Below, in pieces: positions 58,743-64,000 of a DNA stretch of 64,000 nucleotides. The position numbers and the translations under genes were made by a program. The first letter of the stretch is position 1. Each line of letters opens with the position of its first letter. The stretch lies in the NCBI GenBank assembly GCA_965212015.1, contig OZ243037.1, forward strand, positions 288,001-352,000, written 5' to 3'. Origin of the DNA: Cenarchaeum sp. Lineage in GTDB: Archaea > Thermoproteota > Nitrososphaeria > Nitrososphaerales > Nitrosopumilaceae. The notes under the pieces were generated by a model that saw only the letters and a program-made list of their open reading frames with translations, did no database searches and was not told the origin of the DNA.

Positions 58743-59948
58743 CTATATCAGCTTGAACTCGATATTCTTTTCGCGCAGTCTTGCTATTAGCTTTTCTGCA
58801 TTGTCCTTGCCGTGCGTCTCTAGGCTGAGGGTGACTCCGGCAGAGCCGGCATTGATGTCAGTGCTGAACCTGTCGTGTACCACCTCTACAATGTTTGCAT
58901 TGGCCGCCGTGATCACATCGACGAGATCCTTGAGGGCCCCGGGCTTGTCAGGTAACAGTATGAATATCTTGAGCAGCCTGCCCACGTATGCCAGGCCCTT
59001 GTCGACTATCTGTCCTAGCAGGTACATGTCCACATTGCCGCCTGCCAGGATGGCCACCACTTTTTTGCCCGGCGAGGGCTTTTTTGCCAGCAGGTATGCG
59101 AGGCTTGCAGCCCCGGACGGCTCCACCACCGACTTTGTCCTCTCCATCAGCAGGAACATGGCCTCGATAATGTCTGCGTCGTCTATCAGGACGACGTCGT
59201 CGATGAGATCCCCTATGATCTGAAACGTCAGCTTGCCGGGTTTTTTCACCGATATTCCGTCGGCAATGGTCTTGCCCCCGCCTGTGGATTTTATCCTGCC
59301 GGCTGCCAGCGACTCCTTCATGGCGGGAAACGAGCTTGACTGCACGCCGACTATTCTCACCTTTGGATTTTTGGTCTTTATGGCAATCAGGACGCCGGCT
59401 GCCAGGCCGCCTCCCCCTATTGGCACGTACACCTCGTCGACGTCAGGCAGGTCCTCTAGAATCTCCAGTCCGATCACCCCGTCTGCTGCGATTATCTGCG
59501 GATCATCAAAGGCGTGTATTATTTTTGCGCCCGTCTGCTGCGAGATTTCCTGCGCCTTGTTCCACGACTCCTCATAGCTGCCCCCCTCCAGGATTACGTT
59601 TGCCCCGTATCCCTTTGTTGCAGACACCTTGGCAGGCGATGCGGATTTTGGCATTACTATCGTGCACGGTATGTTTTCTGAAAACGCCGCAAGTGCCACT
59701 CCCTGTGCGTGGTTTCCCGCAGATGCTGCCACAACGCCGTTTCTTCTTTCCTCCTGCGACAGCGTCTTTATCTTATAGTACGCCCCCCTTATCTTAAAGG
59801 AGCCGGTTTTTTGCCGGTACTCTGACTTTAGATACACCTCTGAGCCTGTCCACTTGCTAAAAGTCGAGGAATACACCAGTGGCGTCTTTGCGACATGGCT
59901 TCCCCTCATTGATCCGGCCCTTACTATCTCATCATACGACGGATTCAT
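58743..59948 (-). CDS. ilvA: Threonine ammonia-lyase with C-terminal ACT domain
   Basis: GSFKIRGA, SAGNHAQG, PIGGGGL, GGN; start set at MNPSYDE. Confidence 0.9.
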   Translation of the reverse strand: MNPSYDEIVRAGSMRGSHVAKTPLVYSSTFSKWTGSEVYLKSEYRQKTGSFKIRGAYYKIKTLSQEERRNGVVAASAGNHAQGVALAAFSENIPCTIVMPKSASPAKVSATKGYGANVILEGGSYEESWNKAQEISQQTGAKIIHAFDDPQIIAADGVIGLEILEDLPDVDEVYVPIGGGGLAAGVLIAIKTKNPKVRIVGVQSSSFPAMKESLAAGRIKSTGGGKTIADGISVKKPGKLTFQIIGDLIDDVVLIDDADIIEAMFLLMERTKSVVEPSGAASLAYLLAKKPSPGKKVVAILAGGNVDMYLLGQIVDKGLAYVGRLLKIFILLPDKPGALKDLVDVITAANANIVEVVHDRFSTDINAGSAGVTLSLETHGKDNAEKLIARLREKNIEFKLI

Positions 59949-60083
59949 GGGAGTTCTTTGCCCAGCTGCGCTATATTTGACTTTGTGGCCGCAGCGCGCC
60001 ATGCTGCCGCATTTTGCAGCTCCTTGCACGGATTGATGCGTCCCTGAAAGCCGCACGCGGCAGTCCCATACATTTGCACCATG

Positions 60084-60926
60084 TTATTGCACGCACCGCA
60101 GGAACTCGTCTAGCCTGTGGCCGATGCCGTCCTGGACCCCCTGCGGGATTTTTTTGGGATCAAAGACGCCCTCCTTTGTCCTGTTTTTGACGAACTCTAG
60201 ATCAAACGTGCATAGTATCCCCTCCTCGCCTGAGACTAGCCGCGTATCGTCTATTGGCACGTTGGTAGTCTGGTACGTCTCCAAAAGAAAGCTGTCCAGC
60301 TCGTCAAACAGGCCGGCCTTTTTTTTGGACATTTCCCTGAAATCAACGTCGGTACCCTCCTCGATCTCGCCGTGGATTTTTTCCCGCAGTTTGTCGTCCT
60401 TGTACAGGATTTCAAACAGATCCTGGTGGCCCAGATCCGCATATCCTGCCTCCCTTAGCCTGCCTTCGACTAGATCCTCGCCCATGTCCGAGACGGATTT
60501 CTGCGAGTCCTTTGTCTTGTCTATTAGCGCGGCTAGCTCCTTTTGGCGCTCGACTACGCGATAGTCGGGCTTGTAGTATAACAATACGTGAAACTGTATG
60601 GACATGTGTCCTGCCAGGATGTAATTGCCCTCCATTACCTCGAATTTTGTAAAGATCCTGCGAAGATCGTCATTGTTCGTCGTAGAGACGTCCTGAATGG
60701 TCCAGCCGTCGAGTCTTTTTACCACGGCCCGGTAAAAATCCGCCACCAGCATGGGATCAAACGTGGTCTGCTCTGTAATCGTGCTGTCGCCCAGCATGAC
60801 TTTGGCCTTTACCGTCCTGGTGGCTGCGGCAAGCTGCCTCTGATACGCCCTTTGAATCTCGCCGTTTTTGGAGTTTAGCTTTGTGATAAAGTCGTTTGGG
60901 GACCGGCTGCCAAGGCGCACGTGCAC
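60084..60926 (-). CDS. Hypothetical protein
   Basis: 280-aa ORF with protein-like composition. Confidence 0.75.
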   Translation of the reverse strand: MHVRLGSRSPNDFITKLNSKNGEIQRAYQRQLAAATRTVKAKVMLGDSTITEQTTFDPMLVADFYRAVVKRLDGWTIQDVSTTNNDDLRRIFTKFEVMEGNYILAGHMSIQFHVLLYYKPDYRVVERQKELAALIDKTKDSQKSVSDMGEDLVEGRLREAGYADLGHQDLFEILYKDDKLREKIHGEIEEGTDVDFREMSKKKAGLFDELDSFLLETYQTTNVPIDDTRLVSGEEGILCTFDLEFVKNRTKEGVFDPKKIPQGVQDGIGHRLDEFLRCVQ

Positions 60927-61001
60927 GGTTTTTGCCCCGCTACCCTTAAACCTTCCATAGCAGCTTTTATTTTAAATAGAAAAACACACAAGCGTATTGT
61001 A

Positions 61002-61118
61002 TTGGAGAAAATCACCTGCCACGACTGCGGCGTCGAGATTGTCGAGTACCGTCATGACGGGTATGGGGGGAATCGGGGCAGATGCCCCAAGTGCAAGACG
61101 GACTTTCCGCTGGAGTGA
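61002..61118 (+). CDS. Small zinc-ribbon protein
   Basis: CHDC...CPKC; TTG start downstream of TTTAAATA. Confidence 0.6.
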   Translation: MEKITCHDCGVEIVEYRHDGYGGNRGRCPKCKTDFPLE

Positions 61119-61190
61119 GCTGAGCTGAGTCGGGATTCCGGGGATGGGGGCGCAGAGAAGGTCCGGGAGGACGAGTCTAGCACGCCGATT

Positions 61191-61931
61191 GTGGACATGC
61201 TTCTTGGCAAGGAGGATGCAAAGTTCATAGACACCGACACCCTGATTACAAACATCCAGAAGAGGGTCTGGGGATCGCTAAAGCGCGGTTACGAGTATTC
61301 CGGAGCAGTAGAAGAGTCCGACGAGTTTCTTCGCTCCCACATATTCTCAAGGGTAGAGATGGCAGTGCTGTATGTGGATTTGGTCGGCTCTACAAACATG
61401 ACACTAGAGCTGCCCGAGGAAAAGATTGCCATCATAATCAGCTCGTTTGCCCAAGAGATGGCATACGTCATCAGGCAGTACGGCGGATACGTCCTAAAGT
61501 TTGTCGGCGACGCAGTTATCGGGTTTTTCATAGGCAGCGGGAATTCGCTAAAGGCTGCAGACAATGTGATCCTGTGCGCGCAGTCCATGATCACTGCGAT
61601 AAACAGGGGGATAAACCCCATCCTGAACCAGTACGACTATCCTGACTTGAAGGTCAAAATCGGCATTGATTACGGCGAGGCACTGCCGGTGCGGTACGGC
61701 GCCGACAAAAAGCAGGCCCCAGTAGATCTGCTAGGGCCGGTAATGAACATTGCGGCAAAAATCCAGTCGCTTGCAAAGCCCAACCAGGTCCTGATCGGAG
61801 TTGACGTGTTCAACAGGCTGCATCCGGACGGCCAAAAGACGTTTCGCGAGATCAGCTGGAAGGACGACGAGTGGAAGTACCGTTCAAGAACGACGGGCAA
61901 GATTTACCAGGTCTTCGAGCACGTCGGCTAG
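61191..61931 (+). CDS. Class III adenylate/guanylate cyclase
   Basis: VDLVGST, KFVGDAV, KIGIDYG, NIAAK. Confidence 0.92.
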   Translation: MDMLLGKEDAKFIDTDTLITNIQKRVWGSLKRGYEYSGAVEESDEFLRSHIFSRVEMAVLYVDLVGSTNMTLELPEEKIAIIISSFAQEMAYVIRQYGGYVLKFVGDAVIGFFIGSGNSLKAADNVILCAQSMITAINRGINPILNQYDYPDLKVKIGIDYGEALPVRYGADKKQAPVDLLGPVMNIAAKIQSLAKPNQVLIGVDVFNRLHPDGQKTFREISWKDDEWKYRSRTTGKIYQVFEHVG

Positions 61932-62210
61932 ATTGAAAACCTGCCGGGGCATTCGACGTGTTCATAGTGGTGCTCTGTGAACTTTTCGTTGACGATATAG
62001 ATTACGATTTTGTGCAGATCCGAGCTTGATATGGCCCTCTTGCACCGCATGCAGTATTTTTCGCCTTTTTCCGACATTTTCGTATCTGCGATCTAAATGT
62101 ACCATTCTATAAGGATCAGCGATCAGCTCAAATTGAGCAAAAATCACCACACATTCACCATTTTACCTCTAGGCACAAAGACAAGGCAAAAATATGCCTA
62201 AAAATGCCAC

Positions 62211-62597
62211 ATGGTGTTGAATGACTCGCTACTATACCGCTTGCGGGAGCTTTACGGCCTGAATCCCAATGCCACCCCGCTGGCGCTGCAGTTTCCGCGC
62301 CTGCCTCCGGGCCTCATCTCGCCGATGGCCGGATCTGCCCCCAGGCAGCGGTTCAAATCCAGAGTCGACAAGCTGGGTCCCCGACTGGAGGATTTCAAAG
62401 ACGCGTACCAGAGACACGCCTCCGGCCTGGTTAACCTCGAATCGCACTCTATGATTCTGCCCGGACACCCGCTGCACTCTGGGCAAAACTCCATCGATGC
62501 GCTCAATGCAGAAAACAACAAGTTAAAAAAAGAAAACTTTGATCTGAAAAAGCAGCTGGACCGAACGGCCGGCGAAAAAACAAGACACGGCCCGTAG
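62211..62597 (+). CDS. Hypothetical protein with C-terminal coiled coil
   Basis: ENNKLKKENFDLKKQL. Confidence 0.6.
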   Translation: MVLNDSLLYRLRELYGLNPNATPLALQFPRLPPGLISPMAGSAPRQRFKSRVDKLGPRLEDFKDAYQRHASGLVNLESHSMILPGHPLHSGQNSIDALNAENNKLKKENFDLKKQLDRTAGEKTRHGP

Positions 62598-62640
62598 GAG
62601 ATTTGCAGAATCCTTAATAGCTTGAATTTCAACCCTACCC

Positions 62641-63027
62641 ATGGTCAAAACCCCGTCCCAAAAATGGAACGCCAGGATAGCAAAATACAAGGACCAGAGC
62701 AGAAAAATCACCGGCGTCTCAAAATCGATCCGCTATGCCGGAGTCATCAACGAGTTTGGCCGCACCCTGGCAGGCACCCTCCGCCCCGGCGTAAGGCCCA
62801 TGCTGAATTCCGAGCAGGTCAAAAACGAGCTGTTCATCATCTCCACCCTGGTGACGCTGAGAAAAAACCCGGCCGGTGCAATCGGCACCCTTGACTATAT
62901 GGTGCTGAGGCACAAAAAGATCACCATCGTGGCCCTGCAAAAAAAACAAATGACATACTATGTGTCCGTCGACGGCAAGGAAAAGCATCTGACCGGGATC
63001 ATCCGGGGCATTAAAAAATCAATCTAG
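62641..63027 (+). CDS. Roadblock/DUF6659-like protein
   Basis: IRYAGVINEFGRTLAG..RPG. Confidence 0.75.
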   Translation: MVKTPSQKWNARIAKYKDQSRKITGVSKSIRYAGVINEFGRTLAGTLRPGVRPMLNSEQVKNELFIISTLVTLRKNPAGAIGTLDYMVLRHKKITIVALQKKQMTYYVSVDGKEKHLTGIIRGIKKSI

Positions 63028-63437
63028 GCCGGCGTAAAGCCGTGATAGCCGCCAGTCTGCTGCGACTTGTCTGTAAAGTCCGGCTCAAACAGGGAGACGA
63101 GATAGCCGTCGGGATCCGAGACGATGGCGTTTTTTCCGGCCTCCCTGTCCACGCTGTCCCGAAATATCTTTACACCCTTTGATTTTAACTCCTCCAGGGA
63201 CGACTTTAAATCCCCGACTAGAAAGCCGATCGTGATTCCGTTGTCAATTGAGCTTCCCACGTGCTCGGCGGTAAGCGATGCCGGATGCAGGCTCAGCAGC
63301 GCCCCGGTGGTTCCAAGATCTATCCACGACCTTCTCTGGTTCTTTATTGGAAGCCCGATGATCTCGTGATAGAAATAAAGCGACTTGTCTAGATCCTTTA
63401 CCGCCAGAATCACATTGCCCACCTTTTTGATTTGCAT
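63024..63437 (-). CDS. VOC/glyoxalase-family protein
   Basis: LAVKDLDKS..FY..IIG, DPDGY. Confidence 0.9.
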   Translation of the reverse strand: MQIKKVGNVILAVKDLDKSLYFYHEIIGLPIKNQRRSWIDLGTTGALLSLHPASLTAEHVGSSIDNGITIGFLVGDLKSSLEELKSKGVKIFRDSVDREAGKNAIVSDPDGYLVSLFEPDFTDKSQQTGGYHGFTPA

Positions 63438-63534
63438 ACAGGCACTGGCCGCTTGGCCGTTAAAATCTTTATCCTTTTGGGCGCAAATCCGCCGCGGCTG
63501 CGCGATACTGGGGGCCGGGCAAAACTGCGAAATC

Positions 63535-63753
63535 CTACTGGATCTCGACCATGGTCTCGGTCCTCTCTACGCCGCTGATCCTCTGGATCTCGACTGTGAC
63601 GTCCTTTATCTGGGATAGCTCATCCACCTCGATTATCGCCACTGCGTCAAACTGGCCGCTGACTGGAAACGAGTCATAGACGGACTTTATCCGCCTCAGC
63701 CTGGCTGCGATCAGCTTTTTGGGCGACTTTACTAGCGTCACTGCCCTCACCAT
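63535..63753 (-). CDS. Stand-alone Lrp/AsnC ligand-binding (RAM) domain
   Basis: VSGQFDAVA...I..ISGVERTET. Confidence 0.85.
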   Translation of the reverse strand: MVRAVTLVKSPKKLIAARLRRIKSVYDSFPVSGQFDAVAIIEVDELSQIKDVTVEIQRISGVERTETMVEIQ

Positions 63754-63986
63754 CCTAGATTTACCTCCACCTCGATTAGCGTCTCTGTAGTTACGATCTC
63801 TTTGATTTTTTTGAACTCAATGACGGTGCCGTTTATCTCGTCCATAGAATCCTGCAAAATCACGCAAATGTCGGCCCTGCCTGTGACTACCATCAGGTCC
63901 CTGTTTATCCTTCTTTTCTTTTTTAATATTCGGACTACGGCATCCACCTGTCCGGGCTTGACGGTAATCAGGCACAGCGCTCTCAT
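63747..63986 (-). CDS. Stand-alone Lrp/AsnC ligand-binding (RAM) domain
   Basis: ITVKPG, VTGRADI, IVTTET. Confidence 0.85.
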   Translation of the reverse strand: MRALCLITVKPGQVDAVVRILKKKRRINRDLMVVTGRADICVILQDSMDEINGTVIEFKKIKEIVTTETLIEVEVNLGW

Positions 63987-64000
63987 GCTAATACATGGGC

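Overview
Archaeal chromosome segment, most likely Nitrososphaerota/Thaumarchaeota (Nitrosopumilaceae-like, relatively GC-rich). The taxonomy is inferred from rpS26e, archaeal Pth2, IPxW-repeat surface proteins and stand-alone Lrp ligand domains. Layout: (1) 1-3.1 kb, AT-rich tail of a probable defence locus (PLD nuclease, hypothetical gene, C5 methyltransferase). (2) 3.2-17.8 kb, housekeeping genes (GGR-like reductase, pth2, truD, agmatinase, rpS26e, NAD kinase, pyrG). (3) About 17.9-49.6 kb, a composite genomic island ending at tRNA-Ser(CGA). Its left part holds secreted-protein genes, an IS630, a DUF3800 gene with a 3' structured element, and a decayed dCTP-deaminase-like gene. Two divergent tyrosine integrases flank a cluster of tRNA-Ser 3'-end fragments. 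A 19.2-kb att-bounded element then encodes an actin/ParM-like ATPase, a VirD4/HerA-like ATPase-nuclease fusion, AbrB proteins, two non-coding repeat arrays, a 21-repeat highly basic protein, and a defence-like run (type II RM, SWIM/REase-like protein, two ParB-like paralogs, SNF2 helicase, DUF3883 nuclease, HNH). (4) 49.9-64 kb, housekeeping genes including msrA, a PHA cluster (phaE/phaC, phasin-like, AbrB, hydrolase), purK, threonine ammonia-lyase and an adenylate cyclase. All product calls come from motif recognition by eye; no database searches were run.
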